From an uncultured archaeon (lineage in GTDB: Archaea > Altiarchaeota > Altiarchaeia > JAFGQM01): DNA of 64,000 nt. The notes below the pieces were generated by a model, which was not told the DNA's origin, did not search any database, and saw only the letters and a list, made by a program, of their open reading frames with translations. The stretch's first letter is position 1, and every line of letters begins with the position of its first letter. Shown in pieces: positions 1 to 8,940 of this stretch. Both the position numbers and the translations under genes were made by a program. The stretch is from positions 18,459 to 82,458 of the forward strand of contig CAZQBY010000001.1 in assembly GCA_964592405.1 (NCBI GenBank). The letters run 5' to 3'.

Positions 1-953
1 TGCTTGCCAAGAACAAGCCTGCGGTGCGCACCCACCTCCTCCGGACTTATCGGCTCGTAGGTGGATGCCTTCTTCAGCACTCCGTGAACGTGTATGCCAG
101 ACTCGTGCGCGAATGCGTTCTCGCCGACTATGGGAAAGTTCGGCATTACCCTTACCCCGCTCAGGCGCTCCACTAGCTTGGACGTGGCGTAAATCTTCTT
201 CAGGTCTATGCCGGTCTCGATACCCTCCAGGCGCTCCAGTATCAGGACCACCTGCTCCATGTCTGCGTTGCCCGCCCGCTCCCCAAGACCGTTTATGGTG
301 GTGTGTGGATATGTGGAGCCCGCCTTGACTGCCGCCACAGTGTTGGCCACAGCCAGCCCGAAGTCATTGTGGCAGTGGACAGCTAGGGGGACTTTCAATG
401 CCGCGCGCAATCTGCCTATCAGCTTGCCCATTCTCTCCGGGGTCATAACGCCAACCGTGTCGGGGATGTTGATTATCCTGGCGCCAGCTCCCTCCGCGGT
501 CTTGCAGACCTTCTCCAGAAAGTCATACTCAGTCCTGCATGCATCCTCGGGTGAAAAGTGCACTGCGACTCCCCTGTCTACACAGTATTCAACAGAATCT
601 ACTACAGCCTCCAGTATCTGCTCCTTGGACATCTCCAGCTTGTGCTCCCGGTGTAGCGGAGAGGTGCCTATAAATATGTGAACCCAATCCACACCACTGT
701 CTATGGCTGCATCTATGTCCTTGTGGTTGCATCGGGCCAGACTGCAGGTCTGGGCATCTAGACCCATATCGGCGATGGCTTTTACGGCCTTAAAGTCCCC
801 ATCAGAAACAACAGCAAAACCAGCCTCGATTATACTGACACCTATGTCGCTCAAAGCCTGCGCTATGGTGGTCTTGTCCTCCATATTCATTGCCACTCCC
901 GGCGTCTGCTCCCCGTCGCGCAGGGTGGTGTCAAAGATTTTGACTTTCGCCAT
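1..953 (-). CDS. 2-isopropylmalate/citramalate/homocitrate synthase family (DRE-TIM), 3'-truncated by window edge
   Basis: Manual translation from ATG 953: MAKVKIFDTTLRDGEQTPG...HCHNDFGLAVAN...NGLGERAGNA...FAHESGIH; absent from ORF track because no stop in window. Confidence 0.92.
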   Translation of the reverse strand, partial: MAKVKIFDTTLRDGEQTPGVAMNMEDKTTIAQALSDIGVSIIEAGFAVVSDGDFKAVKAIADMGLDAQTCSLARCNHKDIDAAIDSGVDWVHIFIGTSPLHREHKLEMSKEQILEAVVDSVEYCVDRGVAVHFSPEDACRTEYDFLEKVCKTAEGAGARIINIPDTVGVMTPERMGKLIGRLRAALKVPLAVHCHNDFGLAVANTVAAVKAGSTYPHTTINGLGERAGNADMEQVVLILERLEGIETGIDLKKIYATSKLVERLSGVRVMPNFPIVGENAFAHESGIHVHGVLKKASTYEPISPEEVGAHRRLVLGK

Positions 954-1008
954 CGCGGTTAATTAGAAGAAACCAGGGAAAAAACGAGTTGCACTATACC
1001 CTGTCAGG

Positions 1009-1019
1009 GTTACACTACA
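1009..1019 (+). promoter_or_regulatory. GTTACACTACA motif copy directly upstream of TATA-like TTTTTTAA of tRNA-Phe
   Basis: Exact 11-mer also at 26809(-), 58518(+), 58562(-), 60682(-); degenerate copy at 988. Confidence 0.5.
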
Positions 1020-1055
1020 TTTTTTAACCATAGACTCAAAAATAATCAGCCTTCT

Positions 1056-1129
1056 GCCGCTGTAGCTCAGTCTGGGAGAGCACCACGCTGAAGACGTGGG
1101 TGTCGCGGGTTCAAATCCCGCCGGCGGCA
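1056..1129 (+). tRNA. tRNA-Phe(GAA), intronless
   Basis: GCCGCTG/CGGCGGC acceptor, CCACG-CTGAAGA-CGTGG anticodon arm, TTCAAAT T-loop. Confidence 0.97.
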
Positions 1130-1218
1130 TCTCGCTCTTATTGGCTCGGCCTCAATGCCGCTGGCTTATGCCAAAGAGGTTACCTAAGCGAGGAGCTCTT
1201 TGCCATCCGCGTCGGCAT
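1130..1218 (+). repeat. tRNA-trailing ~90-bp element (Phe copy)
   Basis: 1141-1198 aligns to 48694-48752 at ~70% by hand; ends in degenerate copy of tRNA 3' end (ATCCGCGTCGGCAT). Confidence 0.65.
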
Positions 1219-1396
1219 TCTGAAGGACAAGAGCAGAGGCGGGGTGGTGGGGCCGCTGACTAAGGGCCCCGACAGGGCGGTTAAAATGGATAATAATTGA
1301 GGCATCAATTATGAAGGAAAAATCCCCACACAGGGTTGATCCAGAAAAAGCTGTGAGGGTGTTGGACATAAAGTAAGGACATCAGTCTACTCAAAA

Positions 1397-1822
1397 ATGA
1401 GCAGATCATCGACTCTTATATTGGTTCTCCTTGCAGTGATTGCGGCGGGTTTTTTCTTGGAATATATCTCAAGGCCACCTCTTCTCAGCCGGGGCCCGGG
1501 GCTTGAGTTCTCGCATTTCTCCAGAAATCTGGCCGAATGTATGAACCAGAGCAGGGCAAATGTTGCTGAAGCCCGGTGGATTGGAAACAACAAGATGCAC
1601 ATCCAGGCTCTTGGACTCTTTGTCAACTGCGCGTGCTCTGTGGGTTCTGGCGGATACCGTGTTGATGGTGATAAGATAATCCTCCAGTATGAGGAGATAT
1701 GCAACAGGCCGAAGGATGAGTCCTGCAGTATCTGTGAAGAGCTGATCTATGAGATAAAGGATTTGGAGCGGAAGGACTACACATTTGAGATGGAAAGGAT
1801 AACTTTAAGCAATTATCTCTGA
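1397..1822 (+). CDS. Hypothetical membrane-anchored Cys-containing protein
   Basis: N-terminal hydrophobic helix, six Cys (VNCAC, CxxC); abuts next gene. Confidence 0.7.
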   Translation: MSRSSTLILVLLAVIAAGFFLEYISRPPLLSRGPGLEFSHFSRNLAECMNQSRANVAEARWIGNNKMHIQALGLFVNCACSVGSGGYRVDGDKIILQYEEICNRPKDESCSICEELIYEIKDLERKDYTFEMERITLSNYL

Positions 1823-1823
1823 C

Positions 1824-3722
1824 TTACTCTTCCCCCAGCATCTCACTGGTTTTCAGTCTTTCCTGTGCCTTTAACTCGTCTATCTCCTTAATCAGGTCCT
1901 TGTCCAGCCGGTCCAGGAGCTCAGCCCGTTTCTTCCTCTCCAGAAGTTCAATCTCCTTCAGTTTTTTCCTAAGGACCCATTCTGGCCCTTCTTTCAGTGC
2001 CAGCTCAACCCGCTCACTGGCCTCTCTGCCACCTAGTAGCTTCAGGTGTATGATAAAATCTGCGCCCTCCCTGTAGAATTTTATCGCATGCTCAATAGTC
2101 TTTGCTGTAACAAAGACTAAGGCATCCGGGTTCTCCCCCTTGACTCTTTTGATAAGCAGAAGACTGTCATCCTCATCGGGTACTGTCGAAATCACAAGTT
2201 TGGCATCCTTGAGGCGCACTTTCTGCAGAACCTCAGCATCCTCCAGATCTCCATATATTGAGGGTATCTTTCTCCTGACAAGCCTTTTGATTATCTCCGG
2301 ATTGTGGTCCACAACAATGACATGTTCTCCAAGCTTCATGAGGCTTTCGATTACCTCCATCCCCATTATATGTGCACCGAAGACAACCACATGGTTTTTT
2401 GGATACTTGTCTGGAAAGTGCTCAAGCTCTGTTTTGAGCTTCATAAAACTGAACTTCTCAAATCGTGCCAAGGTTCCAGAGAAGGGAATGTAAAGGGAGT
2501 TTCCATATCTGATGAGGTAAGGTGTGATGGACATGCTTATCAGCGCCAGCAGAAGGGTCATCGGAAAGACTACCGACTGCGGGTCAGTTACTGCCAGAGC
2601 CATCGCCAGTATTAGTGAAAACTCGGATATCTGCGCCAGACCAATCCCTGAGAGGAAGGAGGTCCGTCTTTCATAACCGGTTAATATGCAGAGAAGGGTT
2701 ATCAGCAGGGGTTTTAGCACCAGAACCAGAATCGAGAATATTATCACCGGCAGGATAAGATTCTCGATGCCCATCACCGGATAGAACTGCATGCCCAGTG
2801 AGACAAAGAATACTATGGCGAAGAAGTCTCTCAGAGGCTTTATGCGGTTGGCCACTTCGAGATTGTAGGGGAACACTGCCAGACTGAGGCCGCCCAAGAA
2901 ACCTCCTATGGCCGTTGAGAATCCAAGCACATGGCTGGATATTGCGAACAAGAAGGCGAATGAGAGGGCAGTCATGAATACCAGCTCCACGGATTTTGAA
3001 ACAGCTTTCAGTATCCGTGGAGAGATATATCTGCTTAGCACAGTCGCGAAGGAGAAGAGGCCGATTACCCTTAATATGGAACCAAAGATGTCCATAACCA
3101 CTCCGTTATTGGAAGATGCAAGTACTGAGAGGATTATGACAACTATTATATCCTGCATAAGCAGAATACCAAGGGTTATTCTGCCGTGTAGGGTCTCAAG
3201 TTCGTCTCTGTCGGATAGTATTTTAATGACTACCAAAGTGCTGCTAAATGCCAGTATCAGGCCCATGTATATGGCATCGCCATGGACAAATCCTATGGCC
3301 AGCGCCACCAAAAAGCCCAGTGCGAATGTCAGCCCTACCTGACTGGTGCCTACCAGTATAGCGGCCCTGCCAACGTCCTTGAGTCTGGACAAATCAAGCT
3401 CTATGCCGACAGTGAACAGGAGGAATGTAATCCCCAGCTCAGACAGGGCTCTAACGAAAAGCGGGTCATTTATGAGGGTGGTTCCGAAGAATAATTTGGC
3501 CCCTATCGGCCCCAATACAACACCGGCCACAATATAAGCGGGTATGAGCGGCTGTTTGAGTCCGGCAGCAAGGAAGGCAAATATTGTTGCAGCCAGGATT
3601 ATCAGACCCAAGTCAGACAGTATAGCTACCTCAGCTTCTATTCCCGGCTTTATGCTCTCCACCTGTGCCGTGACCAGGGGCAAAAACACTAACAGGGCTA
3701 TTAGCACAAACTTCCACTTCAT
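1824..3722 (-). CDS. CPA2/Kef-type cation:proton antiporter with TrkA-N (RCK) domain
   Basis: Multiple TM helices, LAFSST..K, QD motif, GLAQISEFS; C-terminal HVVVFGAHIMG...YGD. Confidence 0.93.
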   Translation of the reverse strand: MKWKFVLIALLVFLPLVTAQVESIKPGIEAEVAILSDLGLIILAATIFAFLAAGLKQPLIPAYIVAGVVLGPIGAKLFFGTTLINDPLFVRALSELGITFLLFTVGIELDLSRLKDVGRAAILVGTSQVGLTFALGFLVALAIGFVHGDAIYMGLILAFSSTLVVIKILSDRDELETLHGRITLGILLMQDIIVVIILSVLASSNNGVVMDIFGSILRVIGLFSFATVLSRYISPRILKAVSKSVELVFMTALSFAFLFAISSHVLGFSTAIGGFLGGLSLAVFPYNLEVANRIKPLRDFFAIVFFVSLGMQFYPVMGIENLILPVIIFSILVLVLKPLLITLLCILTGYERRTSFLSGIGLAQISEFSLILAMALAVTDPQSVVFPMTLLLALISMSITPYLIRYGNSLYIPFSGTLARFEKFSFMKLKTELEHFPDKYPKNHVVVFGAHIMGMEVIESLMKLGEHVIVVDHNPEIIKRLVRRKIPSIYGDLEDAEVLQKVRLKDAKLVISTVPDEDDSLLLIKRVKGENPDALVFVTAKTIEHAIKFYREGADFIIHLKLLGGREASERVELALKEGPEWVLRKKLKEIELLERKKRAELLDRLDKDLIKEIDELKAQERLKTSEMLGEE

Positions 3723-3824
3723 CTTGGTTGGATATTATTAGAATGATTAAATAAATGGTAAATAAAATAACAAATGTTAAATAAAATAACGGCCATAAAA
3801 TAGGATAATCTATTTAGGGATAAT

Positions 3825-4508
3825 CTATCTGTCAGTAAGAATAAAATCTGGCAGTTTCCCTATCCGCCCAACCATTCCGCCCTTTATAATCTGGACGCCA
3901 TCTATTTCTTTACCCAAAAACCGCTTGGCAAATTCCAAACCATCCCTGATTTCTCCCACACGGTTGGCTATGGCGGTTGCAAAGGCGTCAGCTACCGGTG
4001 TGCTGCGTGCAAATACAGATACTGCATCCGCATCACCCAGACTTATTGAATGACCCACTGTCCCGGATGAAGTGCATATCCCGTAGCTTTTTTCTCCCGG
4101 ATTTATTGAGAAGCCAGACTTGCCAGAAAGTGGTGATTTGCCAGCAAAAACTAGAAGGTTAAAATCCCGGTTGCCATAGATACAAATATCCCCCCCATTT
4201 TCGACGACTATCCACTCAGCACCCATCTCAACAGCTTCTCTTACTAGGAGCTCTGAAACCGCTCCTGCTACAGCGGCCATTGGTCCCACGCCTGCCTTCT
4301 CAGCTGCATCGGCCATTATGTTGATTATCTCCGGAGCCCCCTTCTCCACCCCCACAGGTTCAAGGGATGTTTGAAAATCCGGATTGCGTCCAATATAACT
4401 CTCCAGTTCCTGTCGCTTTTTGATGATGAACCCCTTGATAAAATCACTGATATCTATGTCGCACTTCACCTTTAGTATGGTATCCTTGTATGCAAACTGG
4501 TCCTCCAT
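3825..4508 (-). CDS. UPF0280/ApbE-like protein (COG2122)
   Basis: GVGPMAAVAGA, ENGGDI, CTSSGTVGHSISLGDADA, ADAFATAIAN; start moved to MEDQF. Confidence 0.9.
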   Translation of the reverse strand: MEDQFAYKDTILKVKCDIDISDFIKGFIIKKRQELESYIGRNPDFQTSLEPVGVEKGAPEIINIMADAAEKAGVGPMAAVAGAVSELLVREAVEMGAEWIVVENGGDICIYGNRDFNLLVFAGKSPLSGKSGFSINPGEKSYGICTSSGTVGHSISLGDADAVSVFARSTPVADAFATAIANRVGEIRDGLEFAKRFLGKEIDGVQIIKGGMVGRIGKLPDFILTDR

Positions 4509-4530
4509 CTGAATCAGAATTAGAATTCTT

Positions 4531-4917
4531 TTAGAACTCAGGTTTTGACAGTGCCCTTCTGGGACAGGCATCTACACATATCCCGCAGAGGACACATTTA
4601 TCTTCATCATAAACCAGCCTGCCATTCTTATCAAATGCAAAGGCCTTCGTTGGGCAGAGGGATATACAGGCACCACAGTCTATGCACTTATCAGGATCAT
4701 GCCTGACAACGTTTTTCTGCTCACTGATCTCCACACCTCTGCTCCTCAGAAACTCCAGGACCTTATCATTGTCTTTTTTGGGGAATTTTATCAGTATCCT
4801 GCCGTTAGCATCTGCCCGGAGAATATTTATCCGCACTCCGGTTTCCAATATGCAATCTGCTATTATCGGACTGTCCAGCTGGTCTTCCTTCAGCCTTATC
4901 AAATACTTCTTGGTCAT
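4531..4917 (-). CDS. NIL-domain 2x[4Fe-4S] ferredoxin (aspartate semialdehyde sulfurtransferase Fe-S subunit)
   Basis: INILRA NIL motif plus two CxxCxxCxxxCP; adjacent to DUF39-CBS gene. Confidence 0.9.
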   Translation of the reverse strand: MTKKYLIRLKEDQLDSPIIADCILETGVRINILRADANGRILIKFPKKDNDKVLEFLRSRGVEISEQKNVVRHDPDKCIDCGACISLCPTKAFAFDKNGRLVYDEDKCVLCGICVDACPRRALSKPEF

Positions 4918-6422
4918 TTTTTGTTTACAAACGCGGCTATGTCCTCTGCCGTTATTATTCCAGTAACCCTGCCTTGGTTATCAACCACCGGCAGAGCAGA
5001 TATCCCGTTTTTTCTAAGCCTCTCGGCTACAATACCTAGAGTTTCGTTTGGCTGAGCAGTTATGACTGTCCTGACAGCGACATCTTCTAGCTTCTCCTTA
5101 CCCTCGGCAACTGCCTTGGCGATGTCCCATGATGTTACTATCCCATCTAGTCTGCCATTCTTGACTATTGGGATATGGTTGACTCCCTTACCTATCAATA
5201 GCTTTGACACCTTCTTCACAGTGGAGTCGTGCCCCACAGTTACGGCTTTTCTCATAACGTCCTTGACATACCTGACGTCATGCTTCAATGGCTTGAACCT
5301 GCTCTTCTGATATCTCTCTAGCGGCTGTACCAACTCAAACTCACCATTTTGTATCCACTTCTTTAGAACCTCGGCTATCTCACGCGCAGTATGTAAGGGT
5401 GCAAGAGAGGAGGTTCTTACCTCCCTGCCGTTCAATTCTATTTTGCCTGATCTCAGCTCTGCATAACTGACCTCCATTATGCTGCTCCTTGACCTGGATG
5501 GGATCGAGTAATCCAACACTTTTGTGAATATCTGTTCATCGCGTATAGCAGTCCGCTTGGCAATCTCCTCGTTAAGAATGGGTATAGGTATACCCAGACC
5601 AACATAAAGGCTGACGCCGTATCCCTCAAAGGCCGCCCCCTTGATGTATTTTGGGTTCGCCCCTTTTAGGTCGCATTTCACAGACAGCGCGCCTGCCGAT
5701 CCTGTCGGAATACCGTTTTTTCGCGGCACCTCGGTATTGTGCTGTGTCCCCTCCCCTATTACATATCCCCGCGTTCCGGCTAGGAATATCCTAGTCCCAA
5801 ACCCGATGGTTTCAAGATATGGGTCATTTATCAGCGGAGAGAGCTGGGAGGAGGTAGTATAGGTAACGTTACCATAGTTGGGTAACAGTTTGCCCATGTA
5901 AGTATAGATCGTCCTGTCCGAGGAGTTGGTTGCGGCGGCATAATTCTGATAAGCATTCCGCGGATTAAGAAGCCAGGCCTGATTGAGGTCCTGTAGTGTG
6001 ATTTGGGTTTTAATCTTCTTGCGTGGATAGCAGTCGGTCCCATAGGAGGTTGCGCGCAACTCTATCTCTTCACCCTTTACCAAATCCTCTATAACATGTC
6101 CGCCTCCATAGTTAAAGCCTTCTGTCTCACTGAGCTGAGTAGCACCTATATATGCATCCACGGCTGCCAGCCCGGTGTATGCCTCAACATCATTCAGCCA
6201 TACACGCTGCATCTTTATGGGTGGTTCGGCATGCCCAAAGTTCAACAGAGCTCCGGAGGAGCACATGGCCCCGAAGGTGCCGGTAGTGACCACATCTATG
6301 TCCTTGGCTGCTTTTTTTGTGCCATGTTCCTCCACATAACTTATCATCTCTTCAGCTGTAAGGACTACTGCATCTCCCTTCCGGATTTTGTCATTAATTT
6401 CGGCATAGGTCTTTGTCATCAT
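4914..6422 (-). CDS. L-aspartate semialdehyde sulfurtransferase (DUF39-CBS homocysteine synthesis protein)
   Basis: DVVTTGTFGAMCSSGA, GTDCYPR, NPRNAYQNY; C-terminal CBS pair. Confidence 0.93.
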   Translation of the reverse strand: MMTKTYAEINDKIRKGDAVVLTAEEMISYVEEHGTKKAAKDIDVVTTGTFGAMCSSGALLNFGHAEPPIKMQRVWLNDVEAYTGLAAVDAYIGATQLSETEGFNYGGGHVIEDLVKGEEIELRATSYGTDCYPRKKIKTQITLQDLNQAWLLNPRNAYQNYAAATNSSDRTIYTYMGKLLPNYGNVTYTTSSQLSPLINDPYLETIGFGTRIFLAGTRGYVIGEGTQHNTEVPRKNGIPTGSAGALSVKCDLKGANPKYIKGAAFEGYGVSLYVGLGIPIPILNEEIAKRTAIRDEQIFTKVLDYSIPSRSRSSIMEVSYAELRSGKIELNGREVRTSSLAPLHTAREIAEVLKKWIQNGEFELVQPLERYQKSRFKPLKHDVRYVKDVMRKAVTVGHDSTVKKVSKLLIGKGVNHIPIVKNGRLDGIVTSWDIAKAVAEGKEKLEDVAVRTVITAQPNETLGIVAERLRKNGISALPVVDNQGRVTGIITAEDIAAFVNKK

Positions 6423-6515
6423 CTAGCTTTGGAGCGGATAATAAAAAAATCCGATATCTGGTATATTACTTTCAGTAATATCAGCATTTTTGAGGATGGA
6501 CCCAAAAAATAGGCC

Positions 6516-7244
6516 ATGAGACTCATAGATACGCACGCCCATATGGGCTTCCCGGAGCTTCTGAAGGACATTAATGGAATCATTGCACGTGCAGATAGGG
6601 AGGGAGTAGCAATTGTCAACTGCTGCCTCAGCCCACAGGAGCTGGAGAAGACCAAGGGCTTCAAGAAGCTCTACCTGACCATCGGCTGCACTCCCTACCA
6701 CCTCCAAGACTTTGAGCGCCAATACCAGCTGATTGAGGCCAATATTGACCGCATAATTGCTGTGGGGGAGATAGGTCTTGATTACTACTGGATTAAGGAA
6801 AAGGAAGGGCGTGAAAGAGAAAGAGAGAATTTTCAGAAACTTCTGCAACTCGCCGGGGAATATGACAAGCCTGTGATTATACATTCCAGAAATGCTGAGA
6901 GGCCTGCTCTGGATATGCTTGAGAAGGCCGATGTGCATGCCATAATGCACTGTTTTTCGGGCTCACTGGAAGAAGCTAGGCGTGCAATAGACCTTGGTTA
7001 CCTCATCTCCATACCGACCAATATTGGCCGTTCAGTGCAGAAACAGGGGTTTGCCCGGAGTTTACCTTTGGAATCCTTGGTTTTGGAAACAGATGCCCCA
7101 TATCTGCCCCCCATTCCCAAGACAATCAATGAGCCGGTTAATGTTATCCACTCGGCACATGAAATAGCAAGAATCAGGGATATAGAGTTCGCTGATGTTG
7201 TCGCTCAGACAACGAGGAATGCGCGCAAATTCTTTGGTATCTAG
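6516..7244 (+). CDS. tatD: TatD family nuclease
   Basis: IDTHAH, VGEIGLDY, IIHSR, MHCFSG, LETDAPY. Confidence 0.95.
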   Translation: MRLIDTHAHMGFPELLKDINGIIARADREGVAIVNCCLSPQELEKTKGFKKLYLTIGCTPYHLQDFERQYQLIEANIDRIIAVGEIGLDYYWIKEKEGRERERENFQKLLQLAGEYDKPVIIHSRNAERPALDMLEKADVHAIMHCFSGSLEEARRAIDLGYLISIPTNIGRSVQKQGFARSLPLESLVLETDAPYLPPIPKTINEPVNVIHSAHEIARIRDIEFADVVAQTTRNARKFFGI

Positions 7245-7696
7245 TGCTCATACACCCATTCCTCATCCGCCTTTTTGTATCTGAGTATCTCTTCCGGCTT
7301 GAAGAATATACTGATTTCTCTCTCAGCCGTTTTGGCGGAATCAGATGCATGGACTACGTTCCGTCTGAGGAACAGACCATAACTGCCCCGTATGCTGCCT
7401 GCATCTGATTCAAGCGGGTTTGTGCTGCCAACCATCCTCCTAACGGCTTTTACTGCCTCATAACCCTCTATTACACAGACAACACAGGGACCTGACATCA
7501 CATACGTGATAAGTGGCTCATAGAAATCCTTTCCCTTATGCATGGAATAGAGCTCTTCTGCTGTGGCCCTGTCTATCTGCACCATCTTCATGGCCACAAT
7601 CTTTAGCCCCCTTCGCTCAAACCTGCCGAGTATTTCACCGACCAAATTTCTTTGTATAGTGTCGGGCTTCAGCATGATAAAGGTTTTTTGTATCAT
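7241..7696 (-). CDS. ndk: Nucleoside-diphosphate kinase
   Basis: TFIMLKPD, GSIRG, RNVVHASDS. Confidence 0.97.
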   Translation of the reverse strand: MIQKTFIMLKPDTIQRNLVGEILGRFERRGLKIVAMKMVQIDRATAEELYSMHKGKDFYEPLITYVMSGPCVVCVIEGYEAVKAVRRMVGSTNPLESDAGSIRGSYGLFLRRNVVHASDSAKTAEREISIFFKPEEILRYKKADEEWVYEH

Positions 7697-7728
7697 CTCA
7701 TCCCTTCTTTATTCTCCCAGCCAGTTTT

Positions 7729-7995
7729 TTACTTTTGGCCTTTCTTTTCGGGGTCGGATTCTTTCTTGGACCCTTTCTTGGACTCGGCACCTCTCAGATG
7801 TTGTACCCTGATGAGCTTTTCTTTTCTGTATTGTCCGGTCCACCTAATCTTTCTGGGACTTCTTCCCAGCTCAGCATTCTTTTGACATTTTGAGGAGCAG
7901 TAGAATGAGACAGAACCGGCTGCATCTACCACCATTTTACCCACTCCCGGTTCTATATTCTTACCGCAGAATGTGCATTTCCTTATGCTAACCAT
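7729..7995 (-). CDS. rpl24e: Ribosomal protein L24e
   Basis: CTFCGKNIEPGVG...YCSSKC...PRKIRWT; conserved operon order. Confidence 0.96.
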   Translation of the reverse strand: MVSIRKCTFCGKNIEPGVGKMVVDAAGSVSFYCSSKCQKNAELGRSPRKIRWTGQYRKEKLIRVQHLRGAESKKGSKKESDPEKKGQK

Positions 7996-8414
7996 TATAT
8001 CGCCCTCACATCTCTCTCAGTCTCTTTGAGCATCAACAGGTCATTCTCCTTTACCGGCCCGCGGACATTCCGTCTTAGGAGATTGCCGCGGTCCTTACCC
8101 TCAAGAACCCTGACCAAAACCTGGTAACACTCCCCATACAAGCCAACCCTCTTGAAAACCTTGATTACCTGGGCGGGTGTAGCATCACTGATATTTACTG
8201 TGCTCTTGTTTCGTTTGCCTGACTTTTTGCCCTCCTCGGATTTTGGCCTCTCTGCAGTATCCCCCCCGGATTTTTCAGCCTTTGAATCCTGTTTTGGGAG
8301 TTTGGATACAGTCTCCCTTCCCTTAGATTCTGCATCTTCTCCAAGCTTCTTCGGGCTAGGAGCTTTTGTCCCGGTTTCATCTGCCAGCTTTTCCTCTTTC
8401 TTCTCCTCAGTCAT
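7995..8414 (-). CDS. rps28e: Ribosomal protein S28e with long N-terminal extension
   Basis: C-terminal PAQVIKV.KRVGLYGE..QV.VRVLEG...RRNVRGPVKENDLLMLKETER; between rpl7ae and rpl24e. Confidence 0.92.
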   Translation of the reverse strand: MTEEKKEEKLADETGTKAPSPKKLGEDAESKGRETVSKLPKQDSKAEKSGGDTAERPKSEEGKKSGKRNKSTVNISDATPAQVIKVFKRVGLYGECYQVLVRVLEGKDRGNLLRRNVRGPVKENDLLMLKETERDVRAI

Positions 8415-8778
8415 TCTTCAAAAGCTTCTCGACATCCTTCTGCAGATTTTCAATATCCTTTTTTGCCTTCCCCTCATCAACAACAGCTACAGATGATGTG
8501 TTCACTTTCAGACCAGCAGATTTACCAAGTTCATCTTTGGTCTTGACATACAGGAAGGGGATATTTTTCTCCTTACAAAGGATAGGTATATGGAGCAACA
8601 GCTCAGGCGGATCCACATCCTCTGCCATGACTACGAACTTTGCTTTGCCGCGTTCGATAGCTTTCGTTACCTCGTTTACGCCAATCCTTATCTTACCAGA
8701 TGTCCTGGCTATCTCTACGGCTCCAAGAGCCTTTTCCGCAAGAGCCTGCGGGGTTTCAAATTTTATATATGTTGCCAT
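8407..8778 (-). CDS. rpl7ae: Ribosomal protein L7Ae
   Basis: GKIRIGVNEVTKAIERG, AEDVDPPE, LGKSAGL. Confidence 0.97.
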   Translation of the reverse strand: MATYIKFETPQALAEKALGAVEIARTSGKIRIGVNEVTKAIERGKAKFVVMAEDVDPPELLLHIPILCKEKNIPFLYVKTKDELGKSAGLKVNTSSVAVVDEGKAKKDIENLQKDVEKLLKND

Positions 8779-8785
8779 TGTTCTT

Positions 8786-8831
8786 AACCTCCTTGTTCAT
8801 TCCGCCGGAAGGCGGTCTAAATTCATAGGTC
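8786..8831 (-). promoter_or_regulatory. Putative double kink-turn in rpl7ae 5'UTR covering the Shine-Dalgarno
   Basis: GACC-TAT-GA-ATTTA-GA-CCGCC-TTCC-GGCGG-AAT-GA-ACAAG-GA-GGTT: two 3-nt bulges each followed by tandem G.A pairs; includes GGAGGT. Confidence 0.75.
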
Positions 8832-8940
8832 TCACTACTGAGAAAGAATTTGCGGGATTTTAGAAGCTTTTGCTATAAAAAGGGCCTCTCAGTAACATTT
8901 TTGGGCACTTCCTCCAAATTTTAGAATATGGAGCCCACAG

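Noticed and set aside
65-966. Plus-strand ORFs here and similar antisense ORFs throughout
   Set aside because: Shadows of well-supported genes on the opposite strand.
1100-1300. 66-aa ORF starting inside tRNA-Phe as an SSV-type split integrase fragment
   Set aside because: No tyrosine-recombinase motifs; related Arg and Thr trailers do not keep the reading frame.
1238-1360. GC-rich hairpins downstream of the Phe trailer as an ncRNA
   Set aside because: Short stems only; no recognisable family or second copy.
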